This document shows, piece after piece, positions 14,301 through 29,300 of a stretch of 64,000 nucleotides of DNA. Each line of letters begins with the position of its first letter. Within the stretch, counting starts at the first letter, position 1. Made by a program: the position numbers and the translations under genes. The notes beneath the pieces are model-generated. The model ran no database searches and had not been told where the DNA came from. It saw only the letters and a program-made list of their open reading frames with translations. Source of the stretch: Mantamonas sphyraenae STR306 (Eukaryota; Protista; CRuMs); contig JAPMXV010000054.1 in assembly GCA_026936335.1 (NCBI GenBank), positions 62,001-126,000 of the forward strand, given 5' to 3'.

Positions 14301-17300
14301 ATGATCCATGCGTACGGGCCGTCGGAGGACGCAATTGTGTCAAGCGCACTGATGGTGGAAAGCTCTGGTGTGAAAGAGGCACCAGGGATTGGCAGTGCAC
14401 TTGACGGGAAGACAGCGTTGGTTCTGGACGGACTGATGCGCCCTCGACCGACGACAGGGGTAGGCCTGCTGCACATGACGGGAGTGGGGATCGCTCACGG
14501 ATACATGGGGCGGCCACGACTGACGGCAGAACGGTTCCTGCCGTTTGATGACGGCCTGGTGCTGTACAACACAGGAGATCTTGTGCGTGTACACTCTGCC
14601 GGGACGATGGAGTTTGTGGGGAGAAAGGACTTTCAGCTGAAGGTGCGCGGACACCGAGTGGAAGCACAGGCGGTGGAGGGTGTGCTGGAAACCCACGAGC
14701 GTGTGGCACAAGCAGTGGTCCGGAAGCATGGCACGGGTCTAGTTGGATACGTTGCGTGTGTTGGGGGCGTGGACGCAAGCATGGAGATGTTGCAAGCGAG
14801 CCTGTACGAGCAACTGCGAACCGCATTGCCGCCGTATGCGGTTCCGACCAGCGTGGTTGCACTGGACGCGATGCCAACAACGCTGAACGGTAAGATCGAC
14901 CTGCGTCGTCTTCCGAACCCAGGGGACACGGGTGTGCAGCTGGTGCGAAGCGAGTATGCGGCGGCCGAGAGCGAGATGGAAGTAACGGTGGCGAAAGCAT
15001 TTGGTGCTGTACTTGGGGTGGATGAGGTTGGGCTGGACGACAGCTTCTTCACGCTAGGCGGTGACAGTATTCTGAGTATGCAAGTGGTGCAGAGACTGCA
15101 ACGCGAGGGGCTGCGTGTGACAAGCAGTCAGGTGTATGAGCTGCAGACGGTGCGTGCGCTGGCTAATGCCCTTCAAGACGATGCGAACACACAGCAGGGT
15201 TCACACGAGGATGTTGCAGTGGCAGCTGTGACGCAGTATGACGTGCACGAATGTGACGGAGAGGCACTGAGCAGACTGTACGAAGAAGCACGGCGCGGGG
15301 TGGTTGGCGCAACGAAGGAGATTGTGATGTGTGGATTGGGCACGGGGTATGTGGACCTTGGGAAGCGTCTGCTGTGTTGTGGAGACGCTTGGGTGATGTG
15401 TGCATGTGGAGACGGGCGTGTGACGATGTCCTACCGCGCAGAAGCTGTGGAATCTCCGCTGGAAGTGATGCGGGGTGTGCTTGTGGGACTGGGACGAGAG
15501 GCTGTGATGCCGATGTCGTCGATGCAGCAAGGGATGGTGTTTCACTCGCTGCACAGCAGTGGCTCTGGGAAGCGGGTCCAGGAAGGACCTGCTGGTACCC
15601 CGAGTGCTACGTGGTCTACAGCCATGTTGGGCAGCGTGGTGGATGGCCGAGCAGAGTACGTCGAACACGGATTGCTGGAGATGGACAACCTGGACCGTGT
15701 GCATGCGTACGCAGAGGCATGGGCAGGCGCTTGTTCATCGCATGCCATGCTGCATGCAAGTGTGGAGTGGCCGTTCATGCGGATCGAGCGTCAGAGCACA
15801 CTGAGAGTGGACTACGTGCGCGCTGACGGCTCCGATGTGATGAGGACGGTTGAAGCACACAAGAGCATCCCGATGCGACTCGACTTGGCACCGCTGGTGC
15901 GATTGCTGCTGGTGTTGCACAGGGACACGGGGAAGACTACGGTACTGGTTACATTCCACCACGCTGTGCTTGACGGGTGGTCAAACGCGCTGCTGTTGCG
16001 GGAGATCAGTCTGCGATACATGGAGCAGTACGAAGGAAGCGTGGGTCGGGCCACAGCTATCGCAGGACACACCGACCAGTTAGAGTATGCATGGTGGCTG
16101 TGGAACTCGAGCAAGGGGGATGCGCGACGACACTTTGCAGAACGGTTGAAGGGCGGCCCGGGTGGCAGTTTGGTGATGAACGAAGTGCAGCGCGAGCCGG
16201 CGGAGGAAGCACCGACGAAAGCCGTGGAGCGGATCACTGTGAAAGCACAGCTGCCTGCGGACGGGAACGAGGCACTGGCAGTGACAGTGAACACGCGAGT
16301 GCTTGCGGCATGGGCACTTGTGCTAAGCGAGCTGTGTGGACAACAACGAGTGACGGTTGGCATGACACTGAGTGGCCGACCCGGAAGCGTGGAGTCGACA
16401 TCAAGGCTGGTTGGATTGTATGTGTGCACACTGCCACTGTGTGTGGACGTGGAACTGGGACTGGGGCTAGATGGTTACCTGGAGCGGGTGATGCGAGAAC
16501 AGCAGCGCTTGCAAGAGTTCCAACACTGTGGGTTGCCGGAAGTTGCAGGGTGGTGTGGATACGGGCAGGCTGGAGAAATGTTCGACAGCGTTTCTGTGTT
16601 TGAGAACTACCCTGGGATGGATGGAGAAGGTGGGGTTGGAGAGACACTCACGGAAGAGAGTGTGCGACAACCGTTCCGTGTTCACAGTGCGACGAGTGAG
16701 GAAGTGACGAACTATCCCGTGCTGCTGGCATCGACTGTGGACAAGAGACGTGGCGTGGTGGAAGTGCACATGGAGTTTTCGAATGCAGGGGGAGGCATGG
16801 CACGTGCCGTGCGCGAACGGTTGGCGGAGCAACTGGAGGGGTACCTGCGTGTGCTGTGCAGGGTGAAGAAGGGGATGCCACAGACACAAGTGGGCCGCGT
16901 GGTGGGAAAGGGATGGACACGATCAGTTGGGATGGACGGAGTGACACGTGCACGTTCAGCGTTGTCAGGGCTGGGCGGGAGGACAGGAGAGGTGACTTTG
17001 CACGTGTGCAGCGTGAGCAAGGGTGAAGTACATCTAAGCCGTGGGATGGTGTACGCGATGGGGAGGCAGGTGGCAGCGGAGCTGACAAGCATGACAGTTG
17101 GGGCAGGACCTGGTACGGTGGTGGGAGTGTGTCTGGAAGCACAGAGTGTGTACACAGTGGCATGCTGTCTGGGAGTGTGGATGTGTGGAGCAGCAGTGCT
17201 GTGTATGGAACCGCGGAACCCGGACTCGAAAGCTGGAGGCACTTGCGTTGGAGGCGCAGCCGTGTGCTGTGATCACGACGCCGGAGCTGGCGGATGCACG

Positions 17301-20300
17301 GAACTTGGGCAGGTTGTGCGGCAACAGGATTGTGTGTGTGGCAACCGAAGGAGTCCAGGTAGCACGCGGGGGAGTTGGTGGCAGCTGGGATGGTGAACGA
17401 CCATGTGTGCGTGTGTGTGGTGGTTTGGTGGCGTATGTGATTGCGACGAGCGGAACGACGGCCGGCAGAAGCAAGCTTGTGCCTGTGACACACCGGGCGT
17501 GGATGAATACGTGCATGGACAGTCAAGTCGGTGTGGCTGGTGTAATGGTCAGCGATGTTGACAGCGGAGTAAGGGTGTACCAGTTTGCATCTTTGCAGTT
17601 TGATGCCAGCATGTACGAGATTGGCTGTGCTCTTGCACGAGGAAGTAACCATGGGCATTTGGTGCACCAGCGCGATGGGGAAGGACTTTTGGGTGGAATG
17701 TCGCTGCTGGACGAAAGGTGCACGTTGGCATTGATACCTCCTGTGGTGTTGACCCTGGGATGTAGGGCGCGCTTGCTTGATGAAGAAGTGGTCGTGGACA
17801 CACTGGTGACGGGTGGCGAAGCATGCAGTGCAGCAGTCGTGAACGAGTGGACCCGTGTGTGTTGGAGAATGATCCATGCGTACGGGCCGTCGGAGGACGC
17901 AATTGTGTCAAGCGCACTGATGGTGGAAAGCTCTGGTGTGAAAGAGGCACCAGGGATTGGCAGTGCACTTGACGGGAAGACAGCGTTGGTTCTGGACGGA
18001 CTGATGCGCCCTCGACCGACGACAGGGGTAGGCCTGCTGCACATGACGGGAGTGGGGATCGCTCACGGATACATGGGGCGGCCACGACTGACGGCAGAAC
18101 GGTTCCTGCCGTTTGATGACGGCCTGGTGCTGTACAACACAGGAGATCTTGTGCGTGTACACTCTGCCGGGACGATGGAGTTTGTGGGGAGAAAGGACTT
18201 TCAGCTGAAGGTGCGCGGACACCGAGTGGAAGCACAGGCGGTGGAGGGTGTGCTGGAAACCCACGAGCGTGTGGCACAAGCAGTGGTCCGGAAGCATGGC
18301 ACGGGTCTAGTTGGATACGTTGCGTGTGTTGGGGGCGTGGACGCAAGCATGGAGATGTTGCAAGCGAGCCTGTACGAGCAACTGCGAACCGCATTGCCGC
18401 CGTATGCGGTTCCGACCAGCGTGGTTGCACTGGACGCGATGCCAACAACGCTGAACGGTAAGATCGACCTGCGTCGTCTTCCGAACCCAGGGGACACGGG
18501 TGTGCAGCTGGTGCGAAGCGAGTATGCGGCGGCCGAGAGCGAGATGGAAGTAACGGTGGCGAAAGCATTTGGTGCTGTACTTGGGGTGGATGAGGTTGGG
18601 CTGGACGACAGCTTCTTCACGCTAGGCGGTGACAGCATTCTGAGTATGCAAGTGGTGCAGAGACTGCAACGCGAGGGGCTGCGTGTGACAAGCAGTCAGG
18701 TGTATGAGCTGCAGACGGTGCGTGCGCTGGCTAATGCCCTTCAAGACGATGCGAACACACAGCAGGGTTCACACGAGGATGTTGCAGTGGCAGCTGTGAC
18801 GCAGTATGACGTGCACGAATGTGACGGAGAGGCACTGAGCAGACTGTACGAAGAAGCACGGCGCGGGGTGGTTGGCGCAACGAAGGAGATTGTGATGTGT
18901 GGATTGGGCACGGGGTATGTGGACCTTGGGAAGCGTCTGCTGTGTTGTGGAGACGCCTGGGTGATGTGTGCATGTGGAAACGGGCGTGTGACGATGTCCT
19001 ACCGCGCAGAAGCTGTGGAATCTCCGCTGGAAGTGATGCGGGGTGTGCTTGTGGGACTGGGACGAGAGGCTGTGATGCCGATGTCGTCGATGCAGCAAGG
19101 GATGGTGTTTCACTCGCTGCACAGCATTGGTTCTGGGAAGCGGGTCGAGGAAGAACCTGCTGGTACCCCGAGTGCTACGGGGTCTACAGCCATGTTGGGC
19201 AACGTGGTGGATGGCCGAGCAGAGTACGTCGAACACGGATTGCTGGAGATGGACAACCTGGACCGTGTGCATGCGTACGCAGAGGCATGGGCAGGCGCTT
19301 GTTCATCGCATGCCATGCTGCATGCAAGTGTGGAGTGGCCGTTCATGCGGATCGAGCGTCAGAGCACACTGAGAGTGGACTACGTGCGCGCTGACGGCTC
19401 CGATGTGATGAGGACGGTTGAAGCACACAAGAGCATCCCGATGCGACTCGACTTGGCACCGCTGGTGCGATTGCTGCTGGTGTTGCACAGGGACACGGGG
19501 AAGACAACGGTCCTGGTTACATTCCACCACGCTGTGCTTGACGGGTGGTCAAACGCTCTGCTGTTGCGGGAGATCAGTCTGCGATACATGGAGCAGTACG
19601 AAGGAAGCGTGGGTCGGGCCACAGCTATCGCAGGACACACCGACCAGTTAGAGTATGCATGGTGGCTGTGGAACTCGAGCAAGGGGGATGCGCGACGACA
19701 CTTTGCAGAACGGTTGAAGGGCGGCCCGGGTGGCAGTTTGGTGATGAACGAAGTGCAGCGCGAGCCGGTGGAGGAAGCACCGACGAAAGCCGTGGAGCGG
19801 ATCACTGTGAAAGCACAGCTGCCTGCGGACGGGAACGAGGCACTGGCAGTGACAGTGAACACGCGAGTGCTTGCGGCATGGGCACTTGTGCTAAGCGAGC
19901 TGTGTGGACAACAACGAGTGACGGTTGGCATGACACTGAGTGGCCGACCCGGAAGCGTGGAGTCGACATCAAGGCTGGTTGGATTGTATGTGTGCACACT
20001 GCCACTGTGTGTGGACGTGGAACTGGGACTGGGGCTAGATGGTTACCTGGAGCGGGTGATGCGAGAACAGCAGCGCTTGCAAGAGTTCCAACACTGTGGG
20101 TTGCCGGAAGTTGCAGGGTGGTGTGGATACGGGCAGGCTGGAGAAATGTTCGACAGCGTTTCTGTGTTTGAGAACTACCCTGGGATGGATGGAGAAGGTG
20201 GGGTTGGAGAGACACTCACGGAAGAGAGTGTGCGACAACCGTTCCGTGTTCACAGTGCGACGAGTGAGGAAGTGACGAACTATCCCGTGCTGCTGGCATC

Positions 20301-23300
20301 GACTGTGGACAAGAGACGTGGCGTGGTGGAAGTGCACATGGAGTTTTCGAATGCAGGGGAGGCATGGCACGTGCCGTGCGCGAACGGTTGGCGGAGCAAC
20401 TGGAGGGGTACCTGCGTGTGCTGTGCAGGGTGAAGAAGGGGAAACCACAGACACAAGTGGGCCGCGTGGTGGGAAAGGGATGGACACGATCAGTTGGGAT
20501 GGACGGAGTGACACGTGCACGTTCAGCGTTGTCAGGGCTGGGCGGGAGGACAGGAGAGGTGACTTTGCACGTGTGCAGCGTGAGCAAGGGTGAAGTACAT
20601 CTGAGCCGTGGGATGGTGTACGCGATGGGGAGGCAGGTGGCAGCGGAGCTGACAAGCATGACAGTTGGGGCAGGACCTGGTACGGTGGTGGGAGTGTGTC
20701 TGGAAGCACAGAGTGTGTACACAGTGGCATGCTGTCTGGGAGTGTGGATGTGTGGAGCAGCAGTGCTGTGTATGGAACCGCGGAACCCGGACTCGAAGCT
20801 GGAGGCACTTGCGTTGGAGGCGCAGCCGTGTGCTGTGATCACGACGCCGGAGCTGGCGGATGCACGGAACTTGGGCAGGTTGTGCGGCAACAGGATTGTG
20901 TGTGTGGCAACCGAAGGAGTCCAGGTAGCACGCGGGGGAGTTGGTGGCAGCTGGGATGGTGAACGACCATGTGTGCGTGTGTGTGGTGGTTTGGTGGCGT
21001 ATGTGATTGCGACGAGCGGAACGACGGCCGGCAGAAGCAAGCTTGTGCCTGTGACACACCGGGCGTGGATGAATACGTGCATGGACAGTCAAGTCGGTGT
21101 GGCTGGTGTAATGGTCAGCGATGTTGACAGCGGAGCAAGGGTGTACCAGTTTGCATCTTTGCAGTTTGATGCCAGCATGTACGAGATTGGCTGTGCTCTT
21201 GCACGAGGAAGTAACCATGGGCATTTGGTGCACCAGCGCGATGGGGAAGGACTTTTGGGTGGAATGTCGCTGCTGGACGAAAGGTGCACGTTGGCATTGA
21301 TACCTCCTGTGGTGTTGACCCTGGGATGTAGGGCGCGCTTGCTTGATGAAGAAGTGGTCGTGGACACACTGGTGACGGGTGGCGAAGCATGCAGTGCAGC
21401 AGTCGTGAACGAGTGGACCCGTGTGTGTGGGAGAATGATCCATGCGTACGGGCCGTCGGAGGACGCAATTGTGTCAAGCGCACTGATGGTGGAAAGCTCT
21501 GGTGTGAAAGAGGCACCAGGGATTGGCAGTGCACTTGACGGGAAGACAGCGTTGGTTCTGGACGGACTGATGCGCCCTCGACCGACGACAGGGGTAGGCC
21601 TGCTGCACATGACGGGAGTGGGGATCGCTCACGGATACATGGGGCGGCCACGACTGACGGCAGAACGGTTCCTGCCGTTTGATGACGGCCTGGTGCTGTA
21701 CAACACAGGAGATCTTGTGCGTGTACACTCTGCCGGGACGATGGAGTTTGTGGGGAGAAAGGACTTTCAGCTGAAGGTGCGCGGACACCGAGTGGAAGCA
21801 CAGGCGGTGGAGGGTGTGCTGGAAACCCACGAGCGTGTGGCACAAGCAGTGGTCCGGAAGCATGGCACGGGTCTAGTTGGATACGTTGCGTGTGTTGGGG
21901 GCGTGGACGCAAGCATGGAGATGTTGCAAGCAAGCCTGTACGAGCAACTGCGAAGCGCATTGCCGCCGTATGCGGTTCCGACCAGCGTGGTTGCACTGGA
22001 CGCGATGCCAACAACGCTGAACGGTAAGATCGACCTGCGTCGTCTTCCGAACCCAGGGGACACGGGTGTGCAGCTGGTGCGAAGCGAGTATGCGGCGGCC
22101 GAGAGCGAGATGGAAGTAACGGTGGCGAAAGCATTTGGTGCTGTACTTGGGGTGGATGAGGTTGGGCTGGACGACAGCTTCTTCACGCTAGGCGGTGACA
22201 GCATTCTGAGTATGCAAGTGGTGCAGAGACTGCAACGCGAGGGGCTGCGTGTGACAAGCAGTCAGGTGTATGAGCTGCAGACGGTGCGTGCGCTGGCTAA
22301 TGCCCTTCAAGACGATGCGAACACACAGCAGGGTTCACACGAGGATGTTGCAGTGGCAGCTGTGACGCAGTATGACGTGCACGAATGTGACGGAGAGGCA
22401 CTGAGCAGACTGTACGAAGAAGCACGGCGCGGGGTGGTTGGCGCAACGAAGGAGATTGTGATGTGTGGATTGGGCACGGGGTATGTGGACCTTGGGAAGC
22501 GTCTGCTGTGTTGTGGAGACGCTTGGGTGATGTGTGCATGTGGAGACGGGCGTGTGACGATGTCCTACCGCGCAGAAGCTGTGGAATCTCCGCTGGAAGT
22601 GATGCGGGGTGTGCTTGTGGGACTGGGACGAGAGGCTGTGATGCCGATGTCGTCGATGCAGCAAGGGATGGTGTTTCACTCGCTGCACAGCATTGGTTCT
22701 GGGAAGCGGGTCGAGGAAGAACCTGCTGGTACCCCGAGTGCTACGGGGTCTACAGCCATGTTGGGCAACGTGGTGGATGGCCGAGCAGAGTACGTCGAAC
22801 ACGGATTGCTGGAGATGGACAACCTGGACCGTGTGCATGCGTACGCAGAGGCATGGGCAGGCGCTTGTTCATCGCATGCCATGCTGCATGCAAGTGTGGA
22901 GTGGCCGTTCATGCGGATCGAGCGTCAGAGCACACTGAGAGTGGACTACGTGCGTGCTGACGGCTCCGATGTGATGAGGACGGTTGAAGCACACAAGAGC
23001 ATCCCGATGCGACTCGACTTGGCACCGCTGGTGCGATTGCTGCTGGTGTTGCACAGGGACACGGGGAAGACTACGGTACTGGTTACATTCCACCACGCTG
23101 TGCTTGACGGGTGGTCAAACGCTCTGCTGTTGCGGGAGATCAGTCTGCGATACATGGAGCAGTACGAAGGAAGCGTGGGTCGGGCCACAGCTATCGCAGG
23201 ACACACCGACCAGTTAGAGTATGCATGGTGGCTGTGGAACTCGAGCAAGGGGGATGCGCGACGACACTTTGCAGAACGGTTGAGGGCGGCCCGGGTGGCA

Positions 23301-26300
23301 GTTTGGTGATGAACGAAGTGCAGCGCGAGCCGGTGGAGGAAGCACCGACGAAAGCCGTGGAGCGGATCACTGTGAAAGCACAGCTGCCTGCGGACGGGAA
23401 CGAGGCACTGGCAGTGACAGTGAACACGCGAGTGCTTGCGGCATGGGCACTTGTGCTAAGCGAGCTGTGTGGACAACAACGAGTGACGGTTGGCATGACA
23501 CTGAGTGGCCGACCCGGAAGCGTGGAGTCGACATCAAGGCTGGTTGGATTGTATGTGTGCACACTGCCACTGTGTGTGGACGTGGAACTGGGACTGGGGC
23601 TAGATGGTTACCTGGAGCGGGTGATGCGAGAACAGCAGCGCTTGCAAGAGTTCCAACACTGTGGGTTGCCGGAAGTTGCAGGGTGGTGTGGATACGGGCA
23701 GGCTGGAGAAATGTTCGACAGCGTTTCTGTGTTTGAGAACTACCCTGGGATGGATGGAGAAGGTGGGGTTGGAGAGACACTCACGGAAGAGAGTGTGCGA
23801 CAACCGTTCCGTGTTCACAGTGCGACGAGTGAGGAAGTGACGAACTATCCCGTGCTGCTGGCATCGACTGTGGACAAGAGACGTGGCGTGGTGGAAGTGC
23901 ACATGGAGTTTTCGAATGCAGGGGGAGGCATGGCACGTGCCGTGCGCGAACGGTTGGCGGAGCAACTGGAGGGGTACCTGCGTGTGCTGTGCAGGGTGAA
24001 GAAGGGGAAACCACAGACACAAGTGGGCCGCGTGGTGGTGGGAAAGGGATGGACACGATCAGTTGGGATGGACGGAGTGACACGTGCACGTTCAGCGTTG
24101 TCAGGGCTGGGCGGGAGGACAGGAGAGGTGACTTTGCACGTGTGCAGCGTGAGCAAGGGTGAAGTACATCTGAGCCGTGGGATGGTGTACGCGATGGGGA
24201 GGCAGGTGGCAGCGGAGCTGACAAGCATGACAGTTGGGGCAGGACTGGTACGGTGGTGGGAGTGTGTCTGGAAGCACAGAGTGTGTACACAGTGGCATGC
24301 TGTCTGGGAGTGTGGATGTGTGGAGCAGCAGTGCTGTGTATGGAACCGCGGAACCCGGACTCGAAGCTGGAGGCACTTGCGTTGGAGGCGCAGCCGTGTG
24401 CTGTGATCACGACGCCGGAGCTGGCGGATGCACGGAACTTGGGCAGGTTGTGCGGCAACAGGATTGTGTGTGTGGCAAACCGAAGGAGTCCAGGTAGCAC
24501 GCGGGGGATTTGGTGCAGCTGGGGATGGTGAACGACCATGTGTGCGTGTGTGTGTGGTTTGGTGGCGTATGTGATTGCGACCGAGCGGAACGACGGCCGG
24601 CAGAAGCAAGCTTGTGCCTGTGACACACCGGGAATATGGATGAATACGTGCTTCGCTTACTCGAAAGTACGTGTCCACGTGCAACACGTGTCCAGCAATG
24701 TTGTCTATGCAGTTTCGACGCGAGCATGCCTTGTTGGATGTGGGCTTGATTGGAGGCAGCCAGTGGTACATTGTGATTTGAGCGCGATGGCTTGTTGTAC
24801 GTGTTGAGAGCTCGTGCGTTGCAGGTTGCGTCCGTACCACCCGGTGGCTGTTGCGAGTGCACGGAGTACGCGGATCTCTGATGTTGAAAGGACTGCAAAT
24901 GGTGGTCTGCAGGAGGGGAAGCTACAACGAAAGAGATGCTGCGCAAATGGGCGGGCTCCTTGGTATACATCAAGCGTACGGTCCTTCGGAAGACTCGATT
25001 GTCTCAACGATGACTGTGTTGGGTGAATATGACACACCAAGCATCGGTAGTGCACTTGACGGGAAGACAGCGTTGGTTCTGGACGGGCTGATGCGCCCTC
25101 GACCGGCGACAGGGGTAGGCCTGCTGCACATGACGGGAGGGGATCGCTCACGGATACATGGGGCGGCCACGACTGACGGCAGAACGGTTTCCTGCCGTTT
25201 GATGACGGCCTGGTGCTGTACAACACAGGAGATCTTGTGCGTGTACACTCTGCCGGGACGATGGAGTTTGTGGGGAGAAAGGACTTTCAGCTGAAGGTGC
25301 GCGGACACCGAGTGGAAGCACAGGCGGTGGAGGGTGTGCTGGAAACCCACGAGCGTGTGGCACAAGCAGTGGTCCGGAAGCATGGCACGGGTCTAGTTGG
25401 ATACGTTGCGTGTGTTGGGGCGTGGACGCAAGCATGGAGATGTTGCAAGCAAGCCTGTACGAGCAACTGCGAACCGCATTGCCGCCGTATGCGGTTCCGA
25501 CCAGCGTGGTTGCACTGAACGCGATGCCAACAACGCTGAACGGTAAGATCGACCTGCGTCGTCTTCCGAACCAGGGGACACGGGTGTGCAGCTGGTGCGA
25601 AGCGAGTATGCGGCGGCCGAGAGCGAGATGGAAGTAACGGTGGCGAAAGCATTTGGTGCTGTACTTGGGGTGGATGAGGTTGGGCTGGACGACAGCTTCT
25701 TCACGCTAGGCGGTGACAGTATTCTGAGTATGCAAGTGTGTGCAGAGACTGCAACGCGAGGGGCTGCGTGTGACAAGCAGTCAGGTGTATGAGCTGCAGA
25801 CGGTGCGTGCGCTGGCTAATGCCCTTCAAGACGATGCGAACACACAGCAGGGTTCACACGAGGATGTTGCAGTGGCAGCTGTGACGCAGTATGACGTGCA
25901 CGAATGTGACGGAGAGGCACTGAGCAGACTGTACGAAGAAGCACGGCGCGGGGTGGTTGGCGCAACGAAGGAGATTGTGATGTGTGGATTGGGCACGGGG
26001 TATGTGGACCTTGGGAAGCGTCTGCTGTGTTGTGGAGACGCTTGGGTGATGTGTGCATGTGAGAGACGGGCGTGTGACGATGTCCTACCGCGCAGAAGCT
26101 GTGGAATCTCCGCTGGAAGTGATGCGGGGTGTGCTTGTGGGACTGGGACGAGAGGCTGTGATGCCGATGTCGTCGATGCAGCAAGGGATGGTGTTTCACT
26201 CGCTGCACAGCAGTGGTTCTGGGAAGCGGGTCCAGGAAGGACCTGCTGGTACCCCGAGTGCTACGTGGTCTACAGCCATGTTGGGCAGCGTGGGTGGATG

Positions 26301-29300
26301 GCCGAGCAGAGTACGTCGAACACGGATTGCTGGAGATGGACAACCTGGGACCGTGTGCATGCGTACGCAGAGGCATGGGCAGGCGCTTGTTCATCGCATG
26401 CCATGCTGCATGCAAGTGTGGAGTGGCCGTTCATGCGGATCGAGCGTCAGAGCACACTGAGAGTGGACTACGTGCGTGCTGACGGCTCCGATGTGATGAG
26501 GACGGTTGAAGCACACAAGAGCATCCCGATGCGACTCGACTTTGCACCGCTGGTGCGATTGCTGCTGGTGTTGCACAGGGACACGGGGAAGACAACGGTA
26601 CTGGTTACATTCCACCACGCTGTGCTTGACGGGTGGTCAAACGCTCTGCTGTTGCGGGAGATCAGTCTGCGATACATGGAGCAGTACGAAGGAAGCGTGG
26701 GTCGGGCCACAGCTATCGCAGGACACACCGACCAGTTAGAGTATGCATGGTGGCTGTGGAACTCGAGCAAGGGGGGATGCGCGACGACACTTTGCAGAAC
26801 GGTTGAAGGGCGGCTCGGGTGGCAGTTTGGTGATGAACGAAGTGCAGCGCGAGCCGGCGGAGGAAGCACCGACGAAAGCCGTGGAGCGGATCACTGTGAA
26901 AGCACAGCTGCCTGCGGACGGGAACGAGGCACTGGCAGTGACAGTGAACACGCGAGTGCTTGCGGCATGGGCACTTGTGCTAAGCGAGCTGTGTGGACAA
27001 CAACGAGTGACGGTTGGCATGACACTGAGTGGCCGACCCGGAAGCGTGGAGTCGACATCAAGGCTGATTGGATTGTATGTGTGCACACTGCCACTGTGTG
27101 TGGACGTGGAACTGGGACTGGGCTAGATGGTTACCTGGAGCGGGTGATGCGAGAACAGCAGCGCTTGCAAGAGTTCCAACACTGTGGGTTGCCGGAAGTT
27201 GCAGGGTGGTGTGGATACGGGCAGGCTGGAGAAATGTTCGACAGCGTTTCTGTGTTTGAGAACTACCCTGGGATGGATGGAGAAGGTGGGGTTGGAGAGA
27301 CACTCACGGAAGAGAGTGTGCGACAACCGTTCCGTGTTCACAGTGCGACGAGTGAGGAAGTGACGAACTATCCCGTGCTGCTGGCATCGACTGTGGACAA
27401 GAGACGTGGCGTGGTGGAAGTGCACATGGAGTTTTCGAATGCAGGGGGAGGCATGGCACGTGCCGTGCGCGAACGGTTGGCGGAGCAACTGGAGGGGTAC
27501 CTGCGTGTGCTGTGCAGGGTGAAGAAGGGGAAACCACAGACACAAGTGGGCCGCGTGGTGGGAAAGGGATGGACACGATCAGTTGGGATGGACGGAGTGA
27601 CACGTGCACGTTCAGCGTTGTCAGGGCTGGGCGGGAGGACAGGAGAGGTGACTTTGCACGTGTGCAGCGTGAGCAAGGGTGAAGTACATCTGAGCCGTGG
27701 GATGGTGTACGCGATGGGGAGGCAGGTGGCAGCGGAGCTGACAAGCATGACAGTTGGGGCAGGACCTGGTACGGTGGTGGGAGTGTGTCTGGAAGCACAG
27801 AGTGTGTACACAGTGGCATGCTGTCTGGGAGTGTGGATGTGTGGAGCAGCAGTGCTGTGTATGGAACCGCGGAACCCGGACTCGAAGCTGGAGGCACTTG
27901 CGTTGGGAGGCGCAGCCGTGTGCTGTGATCACGACGCCGGAGCTGGCGGATGCACGGAACTTGGGCAGGTTGTGCGGCAACAGGATTGTGTGTGTGGCAA
28001 CCGAAGGAGTCCAGGTAGCACGCAGGGGAGTTGGTGGCAGCTGGGATGGTGAACGACCATGTGTGCGTGTGTGTGTGGTGGTTTGGTGGCGTATGTGATT
28101 GCGACGAGCGGAACGACGGCCGGCAGAAGCAAGCTTGTGCCTGTGACACACCGGGCGTGGATGAATACGTGCATGGACAGTCAAGTCGGTGTGGCTGGTG
28201 TAATGGTCAGCGATGTTGACAGCGGAGTAAGGGTGTACCAGTTTGCATCTTTGCAGTTTGATGCCAGCATGTACGAGATTGGCTGTGCTCTTGCACGAGG
28301 AAGTAACCATGGGCATTTGGTGCACCAGCGCGATGGGGAAGGACTTTTGGGTGGAATGTCGCTGCTGGACGAAAGGTGCACGTTGGCATTGATACCTCCT
28401 GTGGTGTTGACCCTGGGATGTAGGGCGCGCTTGCTTGATGAAGAAGTGGTCGTGGACACACTGGTGACGGGTGGCGAAGCATGCAGTGCAGCAGTCGTGA
28501 ACGAGTGGACCCGTGTGTGTTGGGAGAATGATCCATGCGTACGGGCCGTCGGAGGACGCAATTGTGTCAAGCGCACTGATGGTGGAAAGCTCTGGTGTGA
28601 AAGAGGCACCAGGGATTGGCAGTGCACTTGACGGGAAGACAGCGTTGGTTCTGGACGGACTGATGCGCCCTCGACCGACGACAGGGGTAGGCCTGCTGCA
28701 CATGACGGGAGTGGGGATCGCTCACGGATACATGGGGCGGCCACGACTGACGGCAGAACGGTTCCTGCCGTTTGATGACGGCCTGGTGCTGTACAACACA
28801 GGAGATCTTGTGCGTGTACACTCTGCCGGGACGATGGAGTTTGTGGGGAGAAAGGACTTTCAGCTGAAGGTGCGCGGACACCGAGTGGAAGCACAGGCGG
28901 TGGAGGGTGTGCTGGAAACCCACGAGCGTGTGGCACAAGCAGTGGTCCGGAAGCATGGCACGGGTCTAGTTGGATACGTTGCGTGTGTTGGGGGCGTGGA
29001 CGCAAGCATGGAGATGTTGCAAGCGAGCCTGTACGAGCAACTGCGAACCGCATTGCCGCCGTATGCGGTTCCGACCAGCGTGGTTGCACTGGACGCGATG
29101 CCAACAACGCTGAACGGTAAGATCGACCTGCGTCGTCTTCCGAACCCAGGGGACACGGGTGTGCAGCTGGTGCGAAGCGAGTATGCGGCGGCCGAGAGCG
29201 AGATGGAAGTAACGGTGGCGAAAGCATTTGGTGCTGTACTTGGGGTGGATGAGGTTGGGCTGGACGACAGCTTCTTCACGCTAGGCGGTGACAGCATTCT

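Noticed and set aside
13945-14393. Specific amino-acid assignment for the A-domain codes
   Set aside because: The manually extracted codes do not exactly match any code I can recall with confidence, so naming substrates would need a predictor or an assay.
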